From Lama guanicoe (Eukaryota), in the NCBI GenBank assembly GCA_013239625.1, contig MU053934.1:10827003-10891002 (forward strand): a DNA stretch of 64,000 nucleotides. Reading direction: 5' to 3'. Numbering within the stretch: the first letter of the stretch is position 1; every line of letters starts with the position of its first letter. The notes beneath the pieces are model-generated. The model worked only from the letters and a program-made list of their open reading frames with translations, ran no database searches and was not told where the DNA came from. Both the position numbers and the translations under genes were made by a program. Positions 24,039 through 36,944 of this stretch are shown here, piece by piece.

Positions 24039-25700
24039 GTTCCCCCTTTTGATCAAGACCTTTCTTTGGAAAGGACCAGTGACCAAACATTTGGCTATTT
24101 GGCCTTGGCATCGACTTTCTTGGCGCTGGGGGAGACTCATTCCCAGAGATTCATGTCCCAGGGAAGAGGGAGGGGAAGAAGTGATTTGGGGAGAGGCGTG
24201 CTTTCAGAGTTTAAGGCCACATCTGAGCGATAAGAAGCCACCTAGGAAGTAGGTGGAGTTCAAAAAACGAGAAGTGCAGGCCTCTTCGTTAGGAAGCCTC
24301 TTACAGATTCCTGTAAGGAGTGGTCCACCATCTCTGGATTACTATTCCTGCGGAGGGCATTATAGTGCAGCAGTGAGAGATACACAGTGTACATGGTTTA
24401 AAAACCACAAACAGAACCAGTTAGAACAACAACTAGCGCACTGAACTGCAGTCTGGGCTGCAGTAAATCACCACGCCCGGAGAGGGGGCAGCCGAGGATT
24501 TCAGGTGTCAGGCTCGGAGCATCATTTGTGGTTTGGAAGGTCTCTGATGATGTCAGCAGGCATCTAGGGAAACTCCGAGCAGCTCACGCCGCAGCAGCAG
24601 GCTGCCTGCGCACCAGCTGTCATGCGCTTCTTGTCCAGCAATGCTTCCCAGGTAACTTAACGTGTCAAATGAGGCTCGTTAGTCTAACGGCGGCCTTTTT
24701 ATTAGGAGGGGGGACAAATCTTTGATCTATTGCAGGGGCCCTCGGAAATATTTAATATCTCAAAGCTAGTTCTGAGAAGTCAAAAAGACTTCATTTAGAA
24801 TTTGATTTGCAGAATTTTGTCAAAAATATCAAAAGTTTTTAAAACACTCGGTCAAACAGGATGATGCGTTGCTGTGAAACAATGCTTAGTTACCTATTTA
24901 ACCAAAAGAACAAAGACTTCGCAGGCAAATATAGAAGATTATACAGTTCTGAGCAAACCTTAGCTCTTTCAATATTGAAAGAACCAGGAGTACTTCAGCA
25001 ACTAAGGACCTTATAAAGACGACATAGAAATAAGTAGTTATTTTGACAAAACATAAGATCTACGTTTATAATCTCTTATTATAAAGAGCAGAACAAGAGG
25101 AAAAAACTTTGTCCTTTCAATAAAGAGAAAAATCAAATTTTAATTTTGCACTAGGTAACTTCTGATATTAAAACTCAACCACTTAATTAAATTTATTCCA
25201 ATTTTAGCCAGTCCTGACCAGACCACATTAAAAAATCCTTTCGAAAGACTTAATCTTCTTTCACAAAATTTTACAACTTTCTATGTCCATTTTATTTGTT
25301 CCTTGTTTTCTTTCCCATTTAGAAATAACCAGCTTCAAGACAAAATCACTTTTTTTCCTTAACAAAATACATCTCCATTTATTATACCTTCAGAGACAAG
25401 TTCCCTGTATAACAGGATGCTTTCCTTATTAATTTTAGTAGTTTTAAGTATATGAAATAGAAATTCTAACTCCTAGGAGCCTTAATTTCTAGTGAAAACT
25501 AAGAAACAAGTAATTGTGAACTGTTTGTTGTATCACCTGCTTTTTAGAATGTGGCACAAAACGTGTGTCTAATAGACTCAAAGATCTCTGGTTGTTTTGC
25601 AATAAGATGAAAGTAGGCAAACTTAGACTTGCTTAGCAATCAAACTCAGACTTGTCTGATGATCTAGACATTCAGTTAATTCTCATCATTTAACTGAACT
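24039..25700 (-). mobile_element. ERV1 internal remnant (PPT, env-TM-like trace, AT-rich non-autonomous-type internal region)
   Basis: Contiguous with the LTR and PPT. The minus-strand translation near 24370-24430, 'LVLFVVFKPCTLCISHCC', resembles the end of an env transmembrane region. No intact ORF. Confidence 0.7.
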
Positions 25701-25704
25701 TTGA

Positions 25705-26024
25705 AGACTTGAGAACTGGAGGGGCGGGGGGCCTTGGTGTAAGTCATGATCAGATCCTGAATCTGAAAGACCTAGAACCAGGAATGCCACTGTCCAGTGG
25801 CAGGAATCCCAGCTTGAGCAGAGAGGGGGCCTGTCCCTCTTTTCATCTCCTCTGAGGGTTAGATGCCAGCCACCTGCAGTGGGGAGGGTGGTGGGTACTC
25901 GGTCCCCTGATTCAAATGCTGAGCTCCAGAAACGCCCTCACAGACACAGCCTAAAATGACGTTGCACCAGCTCTCTGGATATCCTTTGACTCAGTCAAGG
26001 GGACACATAAAATTAACCATCACA
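25705..26024 (-). mobile_element. MLT2 (ERVL) LTR, 5' part
   Basis: Ends 'cagtcaaggggacacataaaattaaccatcaca', the reverse complement of the MLT2 start TGTGATGGTTAATTTTATGTGTC. Confidence 0.85.
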
Positions 26025-26499
26025 GCGGGTTATACCAGAAAACCTCTACATAAAATCAAGGAGTATTTTCAGTGGGAGTATTAAAAAATTCCAGAGGGGA
26101 ACAGTGCCTGACAGAATGCTGGTGTAGAGCAGGAAGGAAAAAGAAATAGTTCAGACCCAAGAATTCTGAACACAAGCCTTACTAGCAAAATTTATGGTGT
26201 GAGGTCGTATTCTGTGATCTGCACAACGCGACGTTACACTTTTACTTAAAAGGGAGGCTTGGTTGGTAGTAACGCCCCTGCCAGAAAAGCAAATCCTCAC
26301 TGGACGAAAAGTCTTTAAACCCAGCCCTAAGGGCACTCTCATGATAAATCAAAGTACAATCTCTCACTCCCACACCCACACAACTGCGAAACACTTCAGA
26401 ACGTAATGCCCATGAATCAGTCATCAGAACAGTCGCAGAACGAACCCCGCACAAAACGAGGAAATGGAAATGAGGAAACAGAGAATTTTCAGCAAATGT

Positions 26500-27200
26500 T
26501 AAGTAAATGTTAATTACACTTAAAGAAATAAGAAGACATTGGGAGGATAGGGCGGGGGGTGGGAAGGAAGCGGAAACTGTCCAAACAGCAAACAGGTCAA
26601 AACCAAACATGACAAACAGGATATTTGAAAATGAAAAGACAGCATTTGAATTTAGAAAGTCAAGTGTGGGTTTAGCAGTATTTTATGCTCGCTCAAATGT
26701 AACATCAGTGAACTGGGACATTAATATCAGGAAATTATAAGAATGTAATTCAGACAGACAAGTGTGAAAGAGAGATTAAGAGACTTAGAAAACACAATGA
26801 GAAGTTACACTATAACTCTAATTAGAGTTCCAAGAAGCGAAGGAAAAGAAAATGGGACAGAAGTGATATTTCAAAGAGAGGCTGGCCAAGAATTTTCCGG
26901 AACTTACGAATGATAACGACCCCCACGAGTCTCAATCAATCTAAAGTAAACGGAATAAAAATAAGCCTGTGCTTAGACAAAGCATCATAATACTTCAGGA
27001 AAACAGGGACGAAGGAAAGCTCTCAAAGGCAATCAGAAATAAAAGAGACATTACCTGCAGAAGGCCACGAAAGGCGGCTGAGTTGCCTAAAGAGACACTG
27101 GAGGCCGGAAGTTATTAGAAAATGGTTTTCACGTGTTAAGCAAAAATCCCCGTCAACTTAGCATGGTATTCCCGAAGAACAGCGCTTCTAAGAATAGAGA
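26500..27200 (+). mobile_element. Old L1 ORF1 remnant, sense
   Basis: A-rich; 'ctaattagagttccaagaagcgaaggaaaagaaaatgggacagaagtgatattt...aagaattttccggaactt' corresponds to ORF1 'IGVPE..E.ENG...IF.....ENFPEL'. Confidence 0.75.
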
Positions 27201-27299
27201 ACATTCACATGTTTTGACATAAGCACACTCTCCACACTGAGCCCAGGGAGGTCGGGCTTCATGGAGCCGCTCGAGCTGTGGCCAGCCCGGGCGGACCGT

Positions 27300-27859
27300 C
27301 TCTGCTGCGCAGCCAGGACATGAAGCTGGACCCCTAGAAGGACCAAGGGCTCCTTTCCTTCCATTTCCTCCCTTTCGGAGTGGAGTTGTCTAAAACTGTT
27401 ATCTTATTTCTGTCCTGCTATTGCATTTTGGGAGCCGACCACTTATTTCTGGCATTTCACAGGTTTACAGATGGAGGAGAACTTCCCCCAGGATGGATGG
27501 CAGGCTGATCTCCACCCTAAAGCTTACGTAATTTACGTGATCAGACTTAGAACTACTGAACGGATAAGAGTTTGATGAGCTTTTGGACTTTGTGTTGGCG
27601 CCACAATGAATGGAGACTCCTGGGGACATCGGGACTGTGTGAGTGTGTTTTGCACGTGGGACAAACACGAGTGTTTGGAGGCCAGAAGGTGGGCTGTGGT
27701 AGGTATAATAATGCTCCTTCCCAAAGACCTTCACATCCTCATCCCCCAAACCCTTGAGCAGGTTTTGCTACATTGAAAAACTGTATGATATAAATTTGTG
27801 TTGTTGGAAGCCATCGCATTTGTTGTAATTTATTACTGCAGAAATAGGAAACTAATGAA
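27300..27859 (+). mobile_element. MaLR MLT1 internal 3' end followed by an internally deleted MLT1 LTR (27695-27859)
   Basis: MLT1-int-like 'ttcacaggtttacagatggaggagaac...ttttgcacgtggga...ggccagaaggtgggc', then 'tgtggtaggtataataatgctcc...cccaaaga' and the terminus 'gcagaaataggaaactaat'. Confidence 0.8.
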
Positions 27860-29330
27860 ATGAAAATTCTTGACTTAATATTAATAACTGAAATTAAGCA
27901 CTTAAATGAGTTTAACAGCCCATTCCTCTCATCAAAGAAAGGATTAGTGACCTGGGGTGTAGCTCAGTAGAAAAGACACAGACTGAAGACAGAGAGCAAG
28001 AGGGATGAGAAACCAGAGGAAAAGCCTTGCTTCCAGAGATGAAAAGGTTAAAAAGAGGATATTATTAATGTTTTTGAATAAAAATGAAAATTAGTGTGAT
28101 ACAGCTTAGAAAAATATGAATTGCAAATCAACTCCAGAAGAAACCATTATAGAACTTGAAACAGTAATTTTAAATATCCCCGTAAGGGTTCCTCAAGGCC
28201 CAGTCAGCTGCAGAGCAGTGCTCCAACCCTTCTTAAACAGAGAAAAATTCATTTTTTCCCAACCTCTTCCAGATTATGAAATAAGAAGGAAAGACTTGAC
28301 CTTTCTCTTTATGAGATTGTTATAACATTGTTACCAAGTTCCCAGATAGATAGTACTGGAAATTAAATTACAGGCTAATGCAAAGGATAAATCAAATGCA
28401 AATATCTTAAACAAAATATTAGTAAACTCAATCCAGTACAGGCAGACCTCGTTTATTGCCCTCCACAGACAGTGTGGGTTTTTTTGTTTTTTTGTTTTTT
28501 TGTTTTTTTGTTTTTTGTTTTAACAAATGGAAGATTTGTGGCAACCATGTTTGGACAAGGCACCTTTTTTTTCCAAACAGCATTTGCTCCCTTCCTGACC
28601 TTTGTGTCATATTTCGGTAATTTGCACAGTGTTTCAGGCTTTTTCATTATTGTTCTGTTTGTGCTGCTGGTCTGTGATCTTTGATTTCACTGCTGTGACT
28701 CGCTGAAGGCTCAGATGATGCAGTTTTAGCAATAATGCGTTTTAACTAAGGTGTGTGCATTGCTTTTTTTTTTTAAGATATGAAACCATGGCACGCTTAA
28801 CAGACTACTAAATGTAAATTTTATACGCACAGGGAAACCAAAAAAATCCACGTGACACTTCATTGTGATGTTCAGTTTGTTGCCACAGTCTGGGACCAAA
28901 CCTGCAGTATCTCTGGGGTCTGCCTGTAACACATAAAATGCGTAATCCACTGTGACGAGATGGGGGTCATACCTGGAACACAAGTTTGTATAACATTAAA
29001 GTTAAACAAACTTACCATATTCTTAAAGTTAAGCTAACTTACCATATTAACAGATGAAAGTTGAAAAGCTGTCAAATCATACATACAGTAAGTTAGTCTT
29101 ACAAAATCAATATTCGTTCGTGATTACAAAGAAACTCTTTGCAAACTGAGAAGCACAGGGAACTGTCTTAGCCAGATGAATTGGGGGAAAAGCCCTACTA
29201 CGTTAACCTTAGCACAGAGTGGTCCAATATTTGAAGCCAATCTTTGAATCTGGAAAGAGGAAAATACGGGTCTGATGGAGACCAGCTTCAGGGAAGAACC
29301 ATAGATGCAGCAACTCAGGTGTCAGGTTGG
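27860..29330 (+). mobile_element. Old L1 ORF1/ORF2 fragments, sense, interrupted by Tigger1
   Basis: 'atgcaaatatcttaaacaaaatattagtaaactcaatccag|...|acacataaaatgcgtaatccactgtgacgagatgggggtcatacctgg' corresponds to L1 RT 'DAKILNKILANRIQQHIK..IHHDQVGFIPG'. Confidence 0.75.
28439..28926 (+). mobile_element. Tigger1-derived non-autonomous DNA transposon (Tc1/mariner-pogo)
   Basis: TIRs CAGGCAGACCTC...GGGGTCTGCCTG flanked by TA on both sides; internal Tigger1 motifs ('gaagatttgtggcaacc', 'ctcgctgaaggctcagatgat'). Confidence 0.93.
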
Positions 29331-29504
29331 TCGTGTTTTGACAGCTGGGGCATCTTTTTCCATCTTGGAGCCTGAGGAGGACGTGGGGGTGGAGAGGCGA
29401 CCCTGGATGGGTGGAAGCCGAGCACCGGGCGGGCAGCCGGAGCACCTGCAGCCCGGGTGAGGAGCCCTTCCGGGAGGCACTGACGGACAGCTGGAACTCA
29501 AGGA

Positions 29505-29610
29505 CTTCTGCGTCTGTTTCCTCGCCTGCAAAAGTGGGGTGGTGCTGTCTAACTTGGGTCTTAGTTTATGAAGATTTAGCAAAATGTATGTAAATTGCGT
29601 TGCACATGAA
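29505..29610 (+). mobile_element. MIR fragment
   Basis: 'tctgcgtctgtttcctcgcctgcaaaagtgggg...tatgaagatttagcaaaatgtatgtaaa'. Confidence 0.6.
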
Positions 29611-30099
29611 AATAGACCCACAATCAGAAGCCAATACTATTTTTCTTACCATACTAGATTGCATTACGTGAAGTTGTGGATATCCTAGTGTCTTTGACAA
29701 ACGAAAATGGCGTTGGTCTGTGCAGCCTGGCGGCTCCTGTCGGGGCGAATGCCAGCCACTTCTGCAGCCTGTGCCCCAGCTAGTGTCCACAGAGCTAACA
29801 CCTCCACGTGGGCAGAGCTTGCGTCCTAAGATTCGGTGTTTTCTTTTTCTCCACAGTTTAATGTTTCTAATATTCGGGTAAGTTTTTACAAGCAAGGTTT
29901 CCGTGTAATGTCATTTTTCCCTTTATAACCAGAAAATCCATGATTAAATTGATGAAGTGCCTTACAATCTGCAGAGTCCCAGATTTGATTTCAGGCTCAA
30001 CACCATGGTGTGGGAACGACGTCAGAGGAGAAGAAATGGGATGATCCGCTAATATCTGCCGGCATCTGATCGTTGTACTCTTGGCCCGAAAATTCCCAC

Positions 30100-31440
30100 A
30101 AGAGCATCCTCCGGGGCCCTTGGGGGAAGCAGCACCGGAGACGGACCCGCGCGCCGCGGCCGCCCGCCGCCCAGCGCCCGAGGCGCCAGGGAGTTACTCG
30201 CAGACGAACAGAGTCTGAGTCGCTAATATCCCAACGTTTCAGAGACTAAATGCAGGATGGTGCCTTCTTTCTCTGAAGTCCGTGGAGACCGCTCTGAAAT
30301 AAGTGGGGTTTTATGTCTTCGTTATCCATGAAAGCTATTTAACTGCGCACACCTGGAACACAGATCAGTCGTACAGCTCGGCGCAGCTCCGTGCTCCGGG
30401 GGCAGGAGCAGAGCCCGGACCAGCCTTGCTCACCCGGCCGGGCCGGCGCGCCCCCGGGACAGCTGCAGGCAGGCCGTTCGGACCCCCAGGCCCGCCTGCG
30501 CCATCTGAACACCCTTCGATAGGGCGACTGCATGTCCCAGTTTGCTGAGGACAGTCTCCCAGTCCCGCCCAGCTGAGCGCTGCGGACCAGTGTTTCATCC
30601 TTAAACGCAGCGTCCCCGACAACTGCGCCACAGAGAGCCGGCGCGGGCCTGCCACCTGCAGGGCCCGCTCCTCCCGCGTCGCCTGCGCTGCAGCCGGGAC
30701 ACACACGGCAGCCTCCCGCTCGGGGCCCTCCAGTGACGGGAGCGTGGAACGTGTGTGGGTTGGGGTGGCGGACGCGGCCCCCCAGCCCCATGGGGGTGAT
30801 GGACAGCCCTGGCGTGGCGGGTGTGGCTGCAGCCCAGGTGCTCCTGCGGCAGGTGTCTTTCGCTGTATGTTTGAATCTGTATGCGTCATTTTTGGACACA
30901 TCTATTTTGCAATGACTTTTACTATTGAGGCATTCAACAATAAAGCACCTGCTGAATGAAAATTAAGAACTGAATTCCTGCTTCTCCAGGAATGGCAGGT
31001 GCTCATGCATCTCCGGCAAGGTCGTCGGCACCCGCCCTGGCGTGGAAACCGGGCGACGCACGTGTCCAGAAGGAGCAGCCGCGTCTTCTTCAGAAGTCGG
31101 TCATTATGTCAAGGACGCCCCCAAAGAGGAGCGCGGATCCTGGGCCCCCGGGAAAGCAGACCCATTCCGCTCTGGGCGGCACGTGGGCTCAGTCCGCTCA
31201 GCCGACTTCTCAGATTTACTTCTGTCCGTTTTTCCAGTCTTCCTTGTTTCCGTCTAAAAGTAAAGCAGCGACCATTAACGTGTCGGGTGAACAATCCCCA
31301 AAGAGCATTGCAGCCAGTTAACTGGGAGTCTTACGTCCGTGCCATCGGATCCTAAAGCCAGTCAGTCAGTCCACTGGGTTTTAAAAAGCGAGCTTTACTT
31401 GGTGCACGCACGTCACGACATCACAGAAGAGCTGTGGGGT
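30100..31440. promoter_or_regulatory. CpG-rich island with no recognisable gene
   Basis: High CpG density (30140-30190, 30370-30860, 31020-31200), several CACGTG or CACG half E-boxes, and no recognisable repeats. Confidence 0.6.
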
Positions 31441-32119
31441 GTTTGCTGCGTGAAAGTCCTCTTACCTTATTTCGAAGCCTGCTGTAAATTCTGCTACAAC
31501 TGTAAACATGGAGAAGAAAATCACATTTTTGTAGAGAAATTTTAAAAAAGTTTGATGGAGCATAAAGTTGTGGTGAAAAAACAGGTTTCAACAGACTGAG
31601 AAACTATGGAACCCTTGTGCCTCCTAACAACGTTCAAATCGTGGTGTCATACAGCCCAAGGCTTACACATATTTCTGTATCTCCACAGCTAAGTCAGCCC
31701 AGCACGTTTAATAACAAGGCTGATTTTGGATGTGAAAACTCTTCAGGCACTATCATTGTGCCCCACACTCAACGGGGTCTTAACAGTATTTGTACTGTAT
31801 AAATCAAACTAAGGGGCCCACAATGGTAGCAAAATTTTTGTAAAGAAATCCTCCACATTTCAGCTACATTTTGTTCAAAACTCTTTGATTTTAGAAACCT
31901 TTAATGAAAGAATTCCACATATGCAATGCCAAAAATCACGTGAGATTTAAAGCTTTTAGCAATTTGAAATTATCTAGCTATTCACCTACCCTAAAACAAG
32001 CAAGAAGCTGATTGTATTAAACGCTGAGAGTTCAACAGGTAATAAGATTTAATTCTGACACTCTATAATTGCAGTTTGGAATCTGTCAACAACGTGTGAG
32101 AAAAAGCTTTTGGTGAAAC

Positions 32120-35100
32120 TCCTGTTTCCTTAACATTTTGTTATGGAAAGTCTCATACACACAGAAGAGTTGCAAAAATGTGACATACACCCACCACTTC
32201 TGTTGTACCATTAACAATTTATTACACTCGTTTTCACAAATCTATCCGTCTTTTTACTCACTTATCAATCCGTTGTATTTTTTGAATTCATTTTAATGTA
32301 AGTTGTAGACATCAGAATGTTTCATTCTTAAATATTTCTGCATGCAGACAGCTAACTCAACTTGATATATGTTTATAATTCTGTTCAACTAGAATTTGTG
32401 TGCTGTTAAGCACATGCTCTTCTGGGTAGTATTTGATGAATTTTGGTAAATATGCTGACCAAGCCAAAAGTATTCATTTTCCCATTTCTCCTGTCTGCTC
32501 CACCTCCAGCCCAAGCGGCAACCACTTCTCTGATTTCTTTCCCCATAGGCTGGTGCAATCTGCTCTAGGACCTCACAGAAATGAAATCATGCGGTGTAGC
32601 CTTTTGGGGGAAGGTTTCTTTCACTCGGCATGATTTTGGGATTCATCCATGTGATTGTATATGTCATGAGTATTTTATGCTTCCTTTTCATTGCTGAACA
32701 TACAACAGTTTGTTTACGTTACGAATATACCACAGTTTGTTGATCAATTACCCTGTTGATGGACACATGGGCTGCTTCCAGTTTGGGGCTATTATGAATA
32801 AAACTATTTGGAACATTCTTGAGTAAGTCTTTTTATAGGCATGTGATTTCATTTCGTGGGCATATGTTTGTTTTGGGAGAAACTGCCCAATATTTTCCAG
32901 AGTGGTTATAGCATTCGGAAATGTCACCAAAATGTACAAGAGTTCCGGCTGATTCACATCCTCGCCAGCGTCTGGTGCTGTCGGTGGCTTTAGCTTCAGC
33001 TGTCTTGTCGATTGTGAGTGAGCGATACACCTTACTGTGGTTTACACTTGCGCTTCCTGATAGCGAAGCATGCGGAGCACGTTTTCACGTGCTTACTGAC
33101 CATTTGCGCATCTTCCTTGAAACCTGCAGCTCATTTTGGGTTAGGTTGTTCGCTCCTCCATCCCTGAGTTTCAGGCGTCCTTTAGGCAGCCTTGACGAAA
33201 GCTCTTGTTCAGAAACATACTTTGCATGTCTTTTCTTCCAGTATGTGCTTACTTATTCACTTTCTTAAGACTGTCTTTTAACGAGAAGGCATAAATTTGA
33301 TGAAATCAAATCAATTATCTCTGATTTTTTTTTGTGGGTATCATCTTCTGTAAGTTAAGAAAGCTTTGCGTATCTTCGGGCCGTGATGTTGTCTTTTGTG
33401 TTTTCTTCCAGTGCCTTTATGGTGTTCCATTTTCGCATACACTATGTGGCTCCAAAGTTGAGGTTTACTTTTTCCTAAAGGTGCCCTGTTGTCCCAGCGC
33501 CATTTGTTTAAACGACTTTCCTTTCTACATCGCACTGCTTTGGTGCTGCTCCTCGGAAACTAATGGACTGTGTCCGGGGGCTTTTCTCCATCTCAGTGAC
33601 CGATCTTTCTATTCTTATACAAGTTCCAAATGTTCCTAATCACTGCAGCTTTATAGTAAGTTTGGAGTCAGGCAGTGTCAGTTTTCTAAGTGCCCTTCTT
33701 TTTTTCTTAAGGATTTCTTTTAATAATCTAAATATTCATTTCTTTATAAAGTATTGAACTAAGTTGGCAAATACTACAAAAACGCTTTGCAGAATCATTT
33801 CAGGGACTGCGCGGAATTTAAAAATCATTTCAGGGGTGAGTGATAGCTGACACATGGTTTGAGTCTTCAGTTCTTGGAGAAGGTATATCCTCTCTTTTAT
33901 TATGGATTTGGGCTATTCAGATTTTCTTTTTTATATTGAGTTAATTCTGATACATTTTATTTCAATAAATTTACCTAGTTTGTCAAATATATTGACAAAG
34001 AAGTCTTCAAAATGTTCCCTTATTTCCCTAAATATCCATAGGACCTACAGTTACGTCCTCTCTTTTATTCACATTATCCCTAATTTGTATTCTCTCTTTT
34101 TTCATGAATCATTTAGAAGTTTATCAATTCTTTGATCTTCAGAAAATCAACCAGTGGACTCATTAATTTCATGGTCATTTTTCTTTTCCCTAATTGTTGA
34201 TTTCAGTTCTTATCTTGACGTCCTTATTCTTACTTTGAGTTAACTTTCCTTCTATTTTTAGCTTCTGAAGAGGAACTTTATCTACACCGTTATTTTGTAA
34301 CATGAGTGTTTAATGCTATACGTTTCCCTAAAGCGCTGCTTTAACTGCGCCCTGCAGATTTTTAACGTGTTGCATTTTCCCGGTAGGTATAAAGCCCTGT
34401 ACCCCTGCGTCTCGTTTTGCCCTGTGGTTGTCTAGGGGGGCACTGTTTGATTCCCACACGGATGGGCTTTTCCAGGTATTACGTTGTCGCTGATTTCCAG
34501 CAATTCCATTTTGGTCGGAGAACATATTCCACATTATTAAAATCATTTACCTTTACTTACACTGTTTTTTGGCCCAGAACACGGTTTATCTTGGTGATCA
34601 CACCATGTGCATCCTTGAAAAGAACGTGGGTGTGGCCACTGTGTGTAATGCTCCATTAGCATCCACGTGGTGAGGGTGATGGACAGTCTGGTTCAGGTCT
34701 TGTGTGTCAATAGTAATGTTTGTTCTGTGTGGTCTATTGATTGCTGAGAGAGGGGCATTAAAGTCTCCAACCATGACTGCATATTTGTCTATTTTCCCCT
34801 TAAATGTATGAGTTTTTTCCATTGGTAGTTTTAAGCTCAATTTATAGGCACATCCACGTGTATGACTGTTATGTGTTCCTGAAGAATTTGACTTTTTGTC
34901 ACTAGGAAATCCTCCTCTTTATCCCTGCTAAGACTCTCTGTCCTGAGGTGACTTCATCTGACAAGAGCCCTTCCAGTGCCCTGACACTAACTGCTTGCAA
35001 GACACATACTTTCCATTCCATTTGCATCCTTTTTCCTATCTGCATCTTTATATTTCAGGAACCCTTCCTAGAGAAAGTGTATAGCTGGGTCATGCATTTT

Positions 35101-35627
35101 TTTTACTCTGAAAAATTCCTTTATTTTGTTGGAGCATTGAGTCAATTTACATGAATGCAGACACTGAGTAGTGTGATTTAGTTCATCGATTTGCTGTTTG
35201 CGCCACCTGATTTTCCCTTCTGTTTTGCCTTTCATAACTCATGTTGAGTTAAAAGGATGTAGAAGTAGACGTAGGCATTTGGGTGTATCGTGGTTACTCT
35301 AGATTGTTATTTATACCTTTAATTTTTTACAGTATATTCAGTATCAAAATTGTGTCACTGCATATATAATATAATCTTGAAAACTTGTAAGTCCACTTAC
35401 CTTCACCTGATCTTTTGTGCCTCAGTTACCATGTGTATTATATCTACATATGTTATAAATCCCATAACGTAATACTCTAAGTTTTGCTTTAAACCATTAT
35501 ATGTATTTCAAAGAAATAAAGAAGAAAATAAAGTCCAAACATTTATCCACTTACTTTCTCTTTAGTCTTTCCTAAAGATTCAAGTTTCCATCCTGTAGTA
35601 CTTCTGTTTAGGGTAAAGAATTTAGTA
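32120..35627 (-). mobile_element. Degraded L1ME/L1MC, antisense
   Basis: ORF 32748-32957(-) 'HAYKKTYSRMF..LFIIAPNWKQPMCPSTG' matches the ORF2 C-terminus; ORF 34598-34840(-) 'KGKIDKYAVMVGDFNAPLS' matches the endonuclease. Confidence 0.9.
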
Positions 35628-36149
35628 CAGTGTACGCTTGTGATACACTGACGTATTTCAGTAAAGGTTAGACGTAAGAATATCCACATCGGGAAGAAAC
35701 TGATCAGAACTTACCAGATGCATCAGTGCTTATAGAGAAAATGTTTTCAATATTTCAGTATAAACTATTGATATAAAGAGAAGGATCATTTGAATTTTTC
35801 ATCACTTTCAAGTATATTATTCATAAAATTCAACTTAGAAAAATATTACAGACACTGTTTCAAAAATAGTAAAATCAAAATCACGTTAAACATACATTGT
35901 TAAGAAAAATGCTAGTAACATATATTTAACACAGACACAGCTAAAAAAATTGACCATGAATGCATATCAAAATTAACTACTAAACTGCTGTTTTAGTTTA
36001 AAATTAAAATAATCAATACACAAAACTTTTAAAATTGTGCTCTAATTATCACAAAAATATGCTATATTTTGGGAATGAATTTAATTTTTAAAAACGATTT
36101 TTGAATAGAATTATTTTATAGGCCTATCAATATAATAATGAAACCAATC

Positions 36150-36350
36150 GGTCTGTGTGTATATACACACATGTGTGCACATATGTACATATTTATATAT
36201 AATAACATACATATTGTTCTCTCTATATACATACAGTTTTATTTTTTAAAGTCATGTGTATACAATAATTACTTGTAAATAATATATAAAAACATATAAT
36301 TAATTAAATAATAAATAATAAATAAAAATAAAATAATAAAATAATTACTT
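36150..36350. repeat. AT-rich low complexity: (TA/CA)n and (TAAAA)n
   Basis: Directly visible in the sequence. Confidence 0.8.
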
Positions 36351-36944
36351 GTATTGCTCCCTGCCATTTATTCTCAGATATGTCTTAATTTCACTGATGA
36401 ATGATATAAGCACCTTACCTTTAAATTTCCAGCGACCGCAGGAATGAAAAGATTTCTAACAATTGCTTCCATAGACGAGCGCTCTCTGTTTCACCAGAAA
36501 GTGGCAAGTCCTGCTTCTGTCCAGGCTGAGGCTCCAGCCCTGGGGGCAGAGCAGGGCTGTGGTGTTGTCCTGACCCCGGGCTCCCCTGCAGCTCTGAGCC
36601 CGGCCCTATGCTCTGCGGGATGTGTCCCAGGCGCAGAGCTCAGGCAGGCCCGCCACCTGTCACCCAGCCCTGGAGAGTGTCCTCGGGGAAGGTCACCTGA
36701 CCTGCACCCCGTGAGCCCTGAGCCCTAGCGAGGGGCGGCTCAGGCGTGGACTGGGAGGGCCATGGGCCTGTAGGCTGCTGGCCGCTTTATTATTCGTGCT
36801 ACTTTTTCCTTTTTCTTCTGGTGCATGGAGCCGGGAGAAAGAGGTCGAAGGCCAAGGAAGCTCGCTGCTGCTCTTTGAAGTCTACTGTTACAGGTTTCTG
36901 CAGCTAAGCTCTTATGTCTTTTGTTTTCATTTGAAGTATCAGTT

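Noticed and set aside
27953..27975. 'ggggtgtagctcagtag' resembling a tRNA or tRNA-SINE 5' end (A box)
   Set aside because: No B box or cloverleaf follows, and it is embedded in an L1 ORF1 remnant ('ggattagtgacctgg...agtagaaaa...cagactgaag').
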